Origin: an uncultured Lentisphaeria bacterium
GTDB taxonomy: Bacteria > Verrucomicrobiota > Lentisphaeria > JABSQK01 > JAJFLO01
DNA length: 32,000 nt
Direction: 5' to 3'
Assembly: GCA_951812855.1 (NCBI GenBank)
Contig: OX638337.1
Location: forward strand, 1,915,382-1,947,381
Positions 9,701 through 18,924 of the stretch are shown here, in pieces. Under the pieces are notes generated by a model. The model saw only the letters and a program-made list of their open reading frames with translations, was not told the origin of the DNA and made no database searches. Position numbers and translations under genes: made by a program. Numbering within the stretch: position 1 is the first letter of the stretch; every line of letters starts with the position of its first letter.

Positions 9701-10371
9701 AACCTCATAATAACTCCTAAAATAAAGACCGAGTCCTGAGGACTTTAAGAACAACATCCAAAACAACAAGGATTGAAACTGGTTGCTGGTTCCGGCGGGA
9801 TGCCGGGGACTACGTCTTTAAGAACAACATCCAAAACAACAAGGATTGAAACTTCTTTTTCCGGAAGAAGCCCGGACTTTTCGAGGTACACTTTAAGAAC
9901 AACATCCAAAACAACAAGGATTGAAACTTCATAATCATCAGTATAACAATGTTTTCTCCTTTTGCTTTAAGAACAACATCCAAAACAACAAGGATTGAAA
10001 CCTGTACTCGGGTTAAGCTGGGGATGCTTCGCTATATTCTTTAAGAACAACATCCAAAACAACAAGGATTGAAACCCGTTGCTGTTTCCCCGGGCATGTG
10101 CCGGACAGGAAACTTTAAGAACAACATCCAAAACAACAAGGATTGAAACGTACAGCTGTTGCTGTCTGGTCGTCAAACCGACCAGGCTTTAAGAACAACA
10201 TCCAAAACAACAAGGATTGAAACTCGAGATACTTCCAACAGCTGAACGCCAAGTTATCTTCTTTAAGAACAACATCCAAAACAACAAGGATTGAAACCCT
10301 ATATTACGATGCATACCAACTCGACCGTCACCGGCTTTAAGAACAACATCCAAAACAACAAGGATTGAAAC
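6795..10371 (+). CRISPR. CRISPR array: 49 x 37-nt repeat CTTTAAGAACAACATCCAAAACAACAAGGATTGAAAC with 48 spacers of 35-39 nt
   Basis: I located every repeat by hand, from 6795-6831 to 10335-10371. All 49 copies read identical, and the unit period is 72-76 nt. The repeat has 12 G/C out of 37 nt, contains the internal direct 7-mer AACAACA twice, and has only a weak AUCC/GGAU stem. Confidence 0.98.
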
Positions 10372-10722
10372 TTGTATGTGTACGATACGGTTCCCCCGTG
10401 TTTATATTCTTGTGAAGAACCGGTTTTTTTCACTTTATTCAAGATTAGTCAGGAACTCAATTATTCCAAATATTTCATTGTTATAATATTTACGTCACCC
10501 TGCCTGTTGACGTTTAATAGCGTGCTTTGGGATAATTGTTTTGTTACTCCGATATCGGGACTTTTATTTTTGACATATCTTCAATTTGAGAAAAAGCCAA
10601 GATTATCGAAATTGTACAGTTGTTTTTTCCTGATTACCTGTATGATTTACATTCATTTGGCCACAGGACCCGTCATAATATTATTTATTTTGGCAATGTC
10701 GATTCTGGGAAAAAATGGTTAA
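10372..10722 (+). pseudogene. Hydrophobic ORF fragment, possibly a remnant of a polytopic membrane protein
   Basis: 116-codon ORF with a TTG start on the first base after the last repeat. It encodes several hydrophobic stretches (FIVIIFTSPCLL, ISGLLFLTYL, CFFLITCMIYIHLATGPVIILFILAMSIL). No ribosome-binding site or N-terminal region is recognisable. Confidence 0.3.
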
Positions 10723-10747
10723 AACAACATAAAAAGACGAGATTAGG

Positions 10748-12211
10748 TTGAATACAAACCTCATATCACGATGCTTAATACTAATTTTATCTTGTACAAC
10801 TATTTTTTTACTTCGAAGCCATTCATTTCACGAACCGCTCGAGACGGATGAAGCGTTTCTTGCTGTCAGTGCACACAATTGGCTGGAAGGAGCGAAGCCT
10901 GATGTGACCTTTACGGTAGACAGACCGATCGGCAGCTATATAATTTATCGGATTGCTATCACTATGTTTGGGTACGATGAACAGGCACCGAAGTTGCTTG
11001 CAAGTTTATCCATCTTTCTGACTGCTTTTGGTCTATTAGTTATTCTTTGCAGCTATGATCTCTATCGGGATACTGTACTATTGCTCATGATATTGTGGGC
11101 GTTGTTCAGTTGTTTGCCTACCTGTCATATTAATGGATCAACTATCGAAGTATTTGTAATTCCACTATTGACAATACTATATATTTTCCTGCAGAGATAC
11201 CAAAAATCAGGTAATGATTTTTTATATTGGGGGGCAATTTTTCTGCTCATTGCCTCATTTACAATTACGTATATTACATTGCCATTTTTTGTCATCCCTT
11301 TCATTATAGGATTTCAATGTCATTGGAAGAACTGGAAAACGTTATTCAGACGGATCGGATTTTCTGCACTGATTTTTTGGGTATGTCATGTTTTTATTTA
11401 TTGGTTGAACAGTTATAGCGTCCTTGAACTTTATCTGCAGTTTAAAGGAAATATTTTGCAAATCGTCACAATCGATAAATGGTCGCTAAAGAAATTTATC
11501 AGGACAATTTTTTTAATTCCTTTTGATAACGCTGTCAGCATTATTACATATCCGATTATTTTTGCTTACGTCGGTACAATCGCTAAATCAATAAAAAATA
11601 ATCACCCGTCGGGGTTGGTTCTTTCTTATTTTCTTTTAGCAGCCATTTTTAGCATTGCCCTGCCAGGATCAAATTCACCACATTATTACATACTGCTGGT
11701 TCCGTTTGTGATTTTAGGAATGGGATTGTTTTGTGATAGTCTCAGTAAGAGAAGCAGCAGCCTTGTCGGACTCGTTTTTTTTATTAGTTTTTACTCATTT
11801 TACTTATACAATAATTATCTTATAAAACTCCCGAATGAAATTAGTTACAGTAAATTTAATCAGAATAACGGATTGGTTCGCGATCGATTTATTGGTCTAG
11901 AGCTGCTGAATCGGAAATTGACAGGGATGCAGACCTTCGTCAGCGGAAATCATCCTGGAATTTATTTTTATTCTCAGAATCTGCCGGCTGCAAAATTTAG
12001 TTTTAACTGGAACGACAATTCTAAACGAGTTTCAACCTGGGAGGATATTATGCATGAATTACAAAAAAATCCCCCGGAACTTTGTATTTTCCCTGATGCC
12101 GTGGAACCCCGGGTTAACGCCTGGTTAGATCAGAATTACATTTTGCAGGAATCCATTGCCAACGCCAAAGTCTATCGCCTGATTAAAAAAGGAGACTTCA
12201 GCAGGTTTTAA
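10748..12211 (+). CDS. Polytopic membrane protein, GT-C fold glycosyltransferase-like (ArnT/PMT, GT39/GT83-type)
   Basis: 487 aa with many hydrophobic segments. The first loop 'HEPLETDEAFLAVSAHNWLEG...DRPIGSYIIY' resembles the DE-loop plus (K/R)PP-like motif of ArnT/PMT-type enzymes. TTG start. The family call is tentative. Confidence 0.5.
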   Translation: MNTNLISRCLILILSCTTIFLLRSHSFHEPLETDEAFLAVSAHNWLEGAKPDVTFTVDRPIGSYIIYRIAITMFGYDEQAPKLLASLSIFLTAFGLLVILCSYDLYRDTVLLLMILWALFSCLPTCHINGSTIEVFVIPLLTILYIFLQRYQKSGNDFLYWGAIFLLIASFTITYITLPFFVIPFIIGFQCHWKNWKTLFRRIGFSALIFWVCHVFIYWLNSYSVLELYLQFKGNILQIVTIDKWSLKKFIRTIFLIPFDNAVSIITYPIIFAYVGTIAKSIKNNHPSGLVLSYFLLAAIFSIALPGSNSPHYYILLVPFVILGMGLFCDSLSKRSSSLVGLVFFISFYSFYLYNNYLIKLPNEISYSKFNQNNGLVRDRFIGLELLNRKLTGMQTFVSGNHPGIYFYSQNLPAAKFSFNWNDNSKRVSTWEDIMHELQKNPPELCIFPDAVEPRVNAWLDQNYILQESIANAKVYRLIKKGDFSRF

Positions 12212-12329
12212 AAAGTTATATATCGTGAAGTTTCCGGGTTAAGAATGTTTTATGATGGCAGTAAGAGTGAATTTATCGGGTTAGGCATTTGTTAGTTGTC
12301 TATAATAATGTAAAGCTATCTCTTGAAAT

Positions 12330-12406
12330 TGGTCGGGACGACTGGATTCGAACCAGCGACCTTTTGACCCCCAGTCAAACGCGCTGCCAAGCTGCGCTAC
12401 GTCCCG
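12330..12406 (-). tRNA. tRNA-Pro (anticodon GGG), CCA encoded
   Basis: The reverse complement folds as a cloverleaf: acceptor CGGGACG/CGTCCCG, D stem GCGC/GCGC, anticodon stem TTTGA/TCAAA with loop CTGGGGG (anticodon GGG, G37), variable loop AGGTC, T arm GCTGG-TTCGAAT-CCAGT, discriminator A, then CCA. 77 nt. Confidence 0.9.
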
Positions 12407-12696
12407 ATATTAACGATACATTTTAGGTAAGGCTATTTATCATGTTATGCTTAGGTCTCAAAATTGAATTGAAAATATAGTTGTATGCAGGCAGATTAAA
12501 ACCTCTAACGTTTCTAATTGATAAAAATGTCTGGACAGTGCAATTCGGGTTTTGAAAAGTCCGATTTGTTTTATATGCATCAGCCTGATTGCTTAATAAA
12601 AATTAGAGTATGATTACTTGTTAAGGTTAATACATTTCCGGATAAATTATAATTTAATGTTACGCATCGTGACCGTGTTTCATTCGAAAGGGTGAT

Positions 12697-13215
12697 ATGA
12701 TTTGTGAAATCTGCAATATCAAGGAAGCTGGAATCCATTTTCAGGAAATTGTTAATGGAAATAAAATGTCGTTGCATTTATGCCATACATGTGCAGACAA
12801 GAAGGACTTGAAGCTGGACCATTTTAAGCAAATCAGCATATCTAAAATATTCGAAAAATTTTCGTTTCAGCATAAAATTATTGAAGATTCAGTCAGTAAA
12901 ATATCACATTTAACATGTCCGTTTTGTAAACTGACTGGACAAAAATTCGAGCAGACTGGACGCTTTGGGTGTGAACATTGTTACGGCCTTTTTCGAGACG
13001 TGATCAATGTCTTTCTAATGTCTATTCATAAAGGCAGAATTCACACAGGTAAAAGAGTAATAAATATTCCAGACCAATCTCAATCCGGATCAAATGAAAA
13101 CGATTCCGCCTCTGATATCGATAAACTGGAGCATGAATTATCCGAAGCGATAACACACGAAAATTTTGAATTAGCAGTCGAAATCAGAGATCAAATCAAG
13201 AAAATCAAAAAATAA
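12697..13215 (+). CDS. mcsA: McsA-like activator of protein arginine kinase (zinc-finger plus UVR motif protein)
   Basis: 172 aa. N-terminal CxxC...CxxC (CEICN...CHTC), a second cysteine cluster CPFC...CEHC, and a C-terminal UVR-like helix 'LEHELSEAITHENFELAVEIRDQIKKI'. Lies directly upstream of mcsB and clpC. Confidence 0.7.
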   Translation: MICEICNIKEAGIHFQEIVNGNKMSLHLCHTCADKKDLKLDHFKQISISKIFEKFSFQHKIIEDSVSKISHLTCPFCKLTGQKFEQTGRFGCEHCYGLFRDVINVFLMSIHKGRIHTGKRVINIPDQSQSGSNENDSASDIDKLEHELSEAITHENFELAVEIRDQIKKIKK

Positions 13216-13270
13216 TAATCCGCTGCTGCCGCCTTTAAATAACCCTGCAAATCCCATTGCTGCCCTATCT

Positions 13271-14332
13271 ATGATGAAACAAAAATTGGATATTAAAAAT
13301 TTACTAACTCAGCCTGTTCCATGGTTAGCTCATAACGTAAGTAATGCAGGCATTTTGATAAGTTCCAGAATTCGACTGGCAAGAAACATCTCAGGATTCT
13401 TATTCCCTCTACGTGCTAAAGCGACCGAACGTCAGACAATTTTTGATCAGATTCAATCTACACTGGGAAGCATTCCGGAATTAAATAAATCAAGCATGAT
13501 TGATCTGAAGAGTCTGCCTGAAATTGAAAAACAGATCCTTTTCGAACGTCATTTAATTAGTCATGAACAAATAAACTCCCGAATAGGATCCGGACTCGTT
13601 GTTGGTGAACGGGAATCGTTCAGTATCATGGTTAATGAAGAAGATCATTTGAGGATCCAGATATTATCTCCAGGTCTTGAGCTGAACAGAAACTGGTCGA
13701 AAATTAATAGGCTCGATGATTTAATCAGTTCCACGTTAAACTATGCCTACGATAACACTATTGGTTTTTTGACCTCGTGTCCAACGAATATTGGAACTGG
13801 ACTTAGAGCCTCGGTAATGCTTCATTTGCCCGGCCTTGTTTTAACAGAACAGATTAAGCCGGTTACTCGGGGGTTAAATAAAATGGGACTTGCAGTTCGA
13901 GGGTTATTCGGTGAAGGTTCTGAGGCCTTTGGCGATCTTTTTCAGATTTCGAACCAGTCGACATTAGGTGAATCTGAAAAACAGATTATAGCAAGAATAT
14001 CGCGAGTTGTTGATCGCCTCCTTGAACATGAAAAAAACGCACGCTACATTCTCCTGGAGACTAAACCAGACTATTTATTTGATTATGTCAGCAGGGCTTA
14101 CGGCGTTTTAAGTCACGCAAGACTCCTGAGTAGTGAAGAAGCAATGAAAAAGTTATCCGCACTGCGTGTTGGTATTGATCTTAAAATGTTTACATCTTTG
14201 ACTCTTGAAACATTAAACAGGTTGATGGTTGATATACAACCGGGCCATTTACAAAAATTATACGTAAAAAAAATGAATCCCGAACGCAGGGATTCTTACA
14301 GAGCAACTCTTGTAAAAGAATATCTCTGTTAA
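13271..14332 (+). CDS. mcsB: Protein arginine kinase McsB (ATP:guanido phosphotransferase family)
   Basis: 353 aa. Carries the guanidino-kinase active-site block 'CPTNIGTGLRASVMLHLPGL', 'NEEDHLRIQ', and 'RGLFGEGSEAFGDLFQISN'. Confidence 0.9.
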   Translation: MMKQKLDIKNLLTQPVPWLAHNVSNAGILISSRIRLARNISGFLFPLRAKATERQTIFDQIQSTLGSIPELNKSSMIDLKSLPEIEKQILFERHLISHEQINSRIGSGLVVGERESFSIMVNEEDHLRIQILSPGLELNRNWSKINRLDDLISSTLNYAYDNTIGFLTSCPTNIGTGLRASVMLHLPGLVLTEQIKPVTRGLNKMGLAVRGLFGEGSEAFGDLFQISNQSTLGESEKQIIARISRVVDRLLEHEKNARYILLETKPDYLFDYVSRAYGVLSHARLLSSEEAMKKLSALRVGIDLKMFTSLTLETLNRLMVDIQPGHLQKLYVKKMNPERRDSYRATLVKEYLC

Positions 14333-14441
14333 AATCGAATTTTCTGATTCCGATATCAGTCGAATTATTAAAAAAAATTGCGATTGGCTAAAACAAAATT
14401 GACAGGTTCCGAAAAACCTAAATTAAAAAGGAGACACTAAA

Positions 14442-16982
14442 ATGGCAAAAGGTGAAATCCCCGATTTCCCGATGAACAATTTCACCCCGCGTGCACAGCA
14501 GGTATTAAGTTTAGCGAAAAAAGAAGCACGTCGTTTTGGACATGATTATGTAGGAACAGAACATTTGCTGCTCGGATTGATAAAATTAGGACAAGGGGTG
14601 GCAGTCGCTGTTTTACAGGCAATGAATTTAGATCTTGAACTTGTTAGACTTGAGGTTGAAAAGCGATCCGGATCCGGTGGAGAGACGATACAGGAAGGTG
14701 ATATCTTATTTACCCCTCGTGTTAAAAAAGTTTTACAATTGGCTTCAATAGAAGCACGTTCTTTAAATTATAACTATATCGGTACCGAGCACATTCTACT
14801 TGGATTATTAAAAGAAGGTGAGGGCGTTGCAGCACAAATTTTGGCAGGTTTGGATATTGACGCTGAAACAGTACGAACTGAGGTACTAAAGGCACTTGAT
14901 CCAAATTTTATCCCTCCGGAATCCGGGGAACCGGTCGAGGCAAGTGCCGGTGGACAAAGTGCAGATGATAAAATGCCTGCACTGAAAGCCTTTGGACGTG
15001 ATCTGACAGATTTAGCTGCATCTGGAAAGCTGGACCCTGTTATTGGTCGGGCAAATGAAATTGAACGTGTTATTCAAATCCTGTGTCGCAGGACAAAGAA
15101 TAATCCGGTGTTGATAGGAGAAGCCGGTGTCGGTAAAACTGCAATCGTAGAGGGTCTTGCTCAGGCTATTGTTAAAGGCGAAGTCCCTGAATTGCTTCGT
15201 GATAAAATAGTGATCGGTCTGGATTTACCATTGATGGTTGCCGGAACAAAGTATCGCGGACAATTTGAAGAGCGTATAAAAGCAGTAATGGATGAAATTA
15301 TACGGTCAAAGAAGGTGATTCTATTTATTGATGAACTTCATACTATTGTCGGAGCGGGTGGTGCTGAGGGGGCTCTTGATGCGTCCAATATATTGAAGCC
15401 GGCATTATCACGTGGAGAACTGCAATGCATCGGAGCAACAACCCTGGATGAATATCGAAAGTTTGTAGAAAAAGATGCGGCTTTGGAGAGACGCTTCCAA
15501 TCAATAATTGTAAATACGCCTTCAATCGATGAAGCAATCGAAATATTGCGTGGAATTCAATATAAATACGAAGAACATCATTATGTAAAATATACGGATT
15601 CTGCAGTGGAGGCAGCTGTCAAACTTTCTGAACGTTATATGACAGGCAGGCATCTGCCTGATAAGGCAATCGATATCATGGATGAGGCAGGATCCCGTGC
15701 TCGAATTTCTACAATGATTCGACCGCCTGATATGAAAGATATCGAGAATGAAATCGGTGGTATTAAAAAACTTAAAAAAGTAGCTGTAAGCCAGCAAAAG
15801 TATGAAGAAGCCGCGAGTTTAAGAGATAAGGAAAAGAAATTAAAAGCCGAATTAGAAGAGACATTGAAAGAATGGGAAAAGAAAACAAATGCCAGGGTTG
15901 AAGAGATTGGTGAGAATGATATTACTGCAGTTCTTGCAAAATTAACGGGTATTCCGGTTCAGCGCATGGAAGAGGGAGAAGCCGAGCGGTTACTGCGTAT
16001 GGAAGAGGATATTAAGAAAGAGGTTATTGGTCAGGATGCCGCTGTTTCAATGGTTTCAAAAGCACTTCGCCGGTCACGGGCAGATTTGAAAGATCCACGG
16101 CGCCCTATTGGTTCATTTATCTTTTTGGGCCCCAGTGGTGTCGGGAAAACATTATTAGCAAAATCATTAGCCGAATTTATGTTTGATGATCCAGAGGCAC
16201 TTATTCAAATTGATATGTCTGAGTATATGGAAAAATTCAATGTCAGCCGATTAGTCGGTTCTCCTCCCGGCTACGTCGGACATGGGGACGGTGGACAGTT
16301 AACCGAAAAAATCAGACGCCGTCCGTATTCAGTCATTCTCTTTGACGAGATCGAAAAAGCACATTTAGATGTAATCAATATGCTCCTTCAAATATTGGAG
16401 GAAGGGCAATTGACGGATAGTCTGGGTGTTAAAGTTGATTTTCGGAATACCATAATAATTCTAACGTCGAATGTCGGGGCTTCAGAAATGAATAAAGAAG
16501 GCAATCTGGGATTTTTGGGCTCGACTGTGCTTGATAATAATTACGAACTTCTTAAATCACATTTAGAAAAGGCTGCTAAAAAGAAATTCAGACCTGAATT
16601 TATTAACAGACTTGATGAAATTATCGTCTTCAGACAATTGGGAAAGGAAGATTTAGTCAATATTGTCGAACTGGAAATTGAAAAGATTCAGGAACGACTT
16701 GATTATCATGAGATTAAACTTAGATATGATGATTCGATTATTGATTTTATTATTGCTGAAGGTTACAATCCGGAATATGGTGCTCGCCCAATGAGACGGT
16801 TGGTAGAACGCTATATTGAAGATCAGCTGGCAGAAGAAATTTTGAGACGTAATTTCAGCAAAGGCTCTGTCGTCCGTATTGAATTAGATGGGAAAAAATT
16901 ACTGTTTTTCCCTGATAATGAAGAGAATGCTAACGCAAACTCCAAAAAGAAAAAGAATTCAAATAAGCAGTGCGTGAATTAA
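14442..16982 (+). CDS. clpC: ATP-dependent Clp protease ATP-binding subunit ClpC
   Basis: 846 aa. Two Clp-N repeats ([18 protein letters not shown]), Walker A GEAGVGKT and GPSGVGKT, a UVR-like middle-domain segment ([17 protein letters not shown]), and GARPMRR near the C-terminus. A strong AAGGAG sits at 14428-14433, 8 nt before the ATG. Confidence 0.95.
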   Translation: MAKGEIPDFPMNNFTPRAQQVLSLAKKEARRFGHDYVGTEHLLLGLIKLGQGVAVAVLQAMNLDLELVRLEVEKRSGSGGETIQEGDILFTPRVKKVLQLASIEARSLNYNYIGTEHILLGLLKEGEGVAAQILAGLDIDAETVRTEVLKALDPNFIPPESGEPVEASAGGQSADDKMPALKAFGRDLTDLAASGKLDPVIGRANEIERVIQILCRRTKNNPVLIGEAGVGKTAIVEGLAQAIVKGEVPELLRDKIVIGLDLPLMVAGTKYRGQFEERIKAVMDEIIRSKKVILFIDELHTIVGAGGAEGALDASNILKPALSRGELQCIGATTLDEYRKFVEKDAALERRFQSIIVNTPSIDEAIEILRGIQYKYEEHHYVKYTDSAVEAAVKLSERYMTGRHLPDKAIDIMDEAGSRARISTMIRPPDMKDIENEIGGIKKLKKVAVSQQKYEEAASLRDKEKKLKAELEETLKEWEKKTNARVEEIGENDITAVLAKLTGIPVQRMEEGEAERLLRMEEDIKKEVIGQDAAVSMVSKALRRSRADLKDPRRPIGSFIFLGPSGVGKTLLAKSLAEFMFDDPEALIQIDMSEYMEKFNVSRLVGSPPGYVGHGDGGQLTEKIRRRPYSVILFDEIEKAHLDVINMLLQILEEGQLTDSLGVKVDFRNTIIILTSNVGASEMNKEGNLGFLGSTVLDNNYELLKSHLEKAAKKKFRPEFINRLDEIIVFRQLGKEDLVNIVELEIEKIQERLDYHEIKLRYDDSIIDFIIAEGYNPEYGARPMRRLVERYIEDQLAEEILRRNFSKGSVVRIELDGKKLLFFPDNEENANANSKKKKNSNKQCVN

Positions 16983-18325
16983 ATTCTGATGATCCTTCGC
17001 CCATTCGAGACGATTTAGACGGCACCTGTTTAACCGATTTTAAGGATGATGATTTAGTTCGTTCTTACTTGAAACAAGTCGGAAATTTGATTCGGTTGAC
17101 CCACGATGAAGAATTGTTTCATATTGACTCATTTTTTCAGGAGAGGGAAAAACTAAAAGGGTGTCTCTGCTATTTTCCCAAAATTATTTACTCTCGCCTC
17201 ATAACCTGCAGAACAGGTGGAATGATAGAGCATTATCGTGATGGTGACGATGATGTTAATGTTCAGTATAATAAACGTGACCGCATTATTCTATTATTAA
17301 ACGCGATTCAGAAAACGTCCGATAAATTAGATGATTCCAGTGATTTAACGCAATATAATAAATGCAGAGACAGCTTTCATGGAATCTTAGAAAAGTTATT
17401 GTCCGGAATTCAGTTCGAATGGTCATTCTATCAATCTTGCATAGGTCATCTGGAGAAAGCATGCAATGATATTTCCAGTACCGGCGATGACAGTGTTAAC
17501 GAAAAAGAAGCAAAAGAAATTTCACTTGCCAAATCATTAGTCCCGTCAATGATGCCTTCGGATGATTTTCAAAAGCTGTACAATGAGATCAACAATCATT
17601 TTAATGCAATGGAATCATCCAGGAAAACGCTTGTTGAAGGGAATCTTCGACTTGTGATAAGTGTTGCAAAAAAATATATGTACTGTGGTGTTCATTTCCT
17701 CGATCTTATTCAGGAGGGAAATATTGGTATCTTGATGGCTGTGGATAAGTTTCAACCCGAAAAGGGGCATCGATTCAGTACCTATGCTGTCTGGTGGATT
17801 CGTCAGGCGGTTACCAGTTCACTCTCAAAAAATTCCAGAACTATCCGAATTCCGGCAAATATCGCCAATCAGATAAGTCAGATTAACAGGACGGAGGAAA
17901 GTTATATTCAGCAAAACGGATATGAGGCCACAACTCAGGAGGTTTCAAATTTAATCGATATATCTGTAGAACGGATTAGAGCACTTAAAAAGATGGAAAA
18001 ACAAACAGTATCACTCCAGAGTGTCAACAAGAATGATGTTGAAATGAACAAAATAATTGTTGATGAAAAGAGTCAGTCTCTTTTTGAAACTGCCTCGTCA
18101 AACCTGCTTACTGAGACGATTGATGAGGTCCTTCATACATTAAAAGACAGGGAACGGAACATTATAATTCATCGTTTTGGTCTATTTAATAAATCAAAAA
18201 TGACATTGGAAGAATTGAGTGAGCAGTATCATGTTACACTGGAGCGCATTCGCCAAATAGAGGTTATGGCATTGCAAAAATTACGTCATCCAACGCGGAA
18301 AAAGTTTTTTGATGGATATCTGTGA
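16970..18325 (+). CDS. RNA polymerase sigma-70 family factor (RpoD/SigA-like group 1/2)
   Basis: 451 aa. Region 1.2 '[21 protein letters not shown]', region 2 '[37 protein letters not shown]', region 3 'RTIRIPANI', region 4.2 '[21 protein letters not shown]'. The GTG at 16970 is the only ATG/GTG/TTG start codon upstream of region 1.2, and it overlaps the clpC stop (16980-16982). Confidence 0.85.
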   Translation: MRELNSDDPSPIRDDLDGTCLTDFKDDDLVRSYLKQVGNLIRLTHDEELFHIDSFFQEREKLKGCLCYFPKIIYSRLITCRTGGMIEHYRDGDDDVNVQYNKRDRIILLLNAIQKTSDKLDDSSDLTQYNKCRDSFHGILEKLLSGIQFEWSFYQSCIGHLEKACNDISSTGDDSVNEKEAKEISLAKSLVPSMMPSDDFQKLYNEINNHFNAMESSRKTLVEGNLRLVISVAKKYMYCGVHFLDLIQEGNIGILMAVDKFQPEKGHRFSTYAVWWIRQAVTSSLSKNSRTIRIPANIANQISQINRTEESYIQQNGYEATTQEVSNLIDISVERIRALKKMEKQTVSLQSVNKNDVEMNKIIVDEKSQSLFETASSNLLTETIDEVLHTLKDRERNIIIHRFGLFNKSKMTLEELSEQYHVTLERIRQIEVMALQKLRHPTRKKFFDGYL

Positions 18326-18924
18326 ATGTCATCAGAAATATATTGTAACATTAAAATCTATTGACTGTCGTGCCAGTCCAATTCTTCTGCAATTTCCTTT
18401 TTAACCTCATTAAACTGAATAGAAATTGATAAGGTAAATGCATCAAGTTATACGATTGAATTCGGAATTGCATTATCGCCGGTTTGTTCTGAGAATCATT
18501 TTGAAAGATGGTAAAATACGGATCTTAATGGTTCCATTATTGCAACTGTTTCATCGTCCGATGCTTTAATAATATCCGACTCATCAAATGTTTACTTAAT
18601 TCGTAGGGAAGGGGCGTATATATTTGAGCGTGTGTTTAAATTGATTTCCAATTGGTCAACCACTGAAAAATGCAGCCAACTGAACAAATGTCGAGCCGAC
18701 TTCCTGTAATTGCCGGGTAACAACTGTGTGACGGTTAATTGAATCAATAGCTTTAGCTCGAACTTTTTCAAAAGAATTTCTATTTTAAAATCGGTAAATA
18801 GTCTCTTCAAGTAATTCTGCCGCCCGGCAGTATTCTACTTCTGAGCTCTTTAATGGACAACAATCGCATTTGAAATAATCTAACTTTATCCATAATACTT
18901 CAGGTTTATATTGAGCAGATGGAA

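Noticed and set aside
7220-10176. Eight ORFs in the track across the array (for example 7441..7752-, 8616..8945-, 9223..9708-) with recurring peptides such as FQSLLFWMLFLK, SILVVLDVVLK and LRTTSKTTRIET
   Set aside because: These peptides are simply the 37-nt CRISPR repeat translated in different frames and strands. The ORFs exist only because the repeat lacks stop codons in those frames.
11227-11418. 63-aa ORF in another frame within the GT-C-like membrane gene
   Set aside because: It overlaps the much longer hydrophobic CDS in the same direction and has no independent support.
12407-12696. Searched the mcsA upstream region for a CtsR operator (tandem GGTCAAA heptads) and a clear sigma-70 promoter
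   Set aside because: There is no tandem heptad repeat and only weak -35/-10 candidates, so no regulatory feature is called. The 65-aa minus ORF at 12580..12777 overlaps the mcsA start and looks spurious.
18817-18830. Hairpin CTGCC-GCCC-GGCAG, which lies in the convergent sigma/metH gap
   Set aside because: It has only a 5-bp stem, no adjacent T-tract on either strand, and lies about 95 nt downstream of the metH stop. That is too weak to call a terminator.
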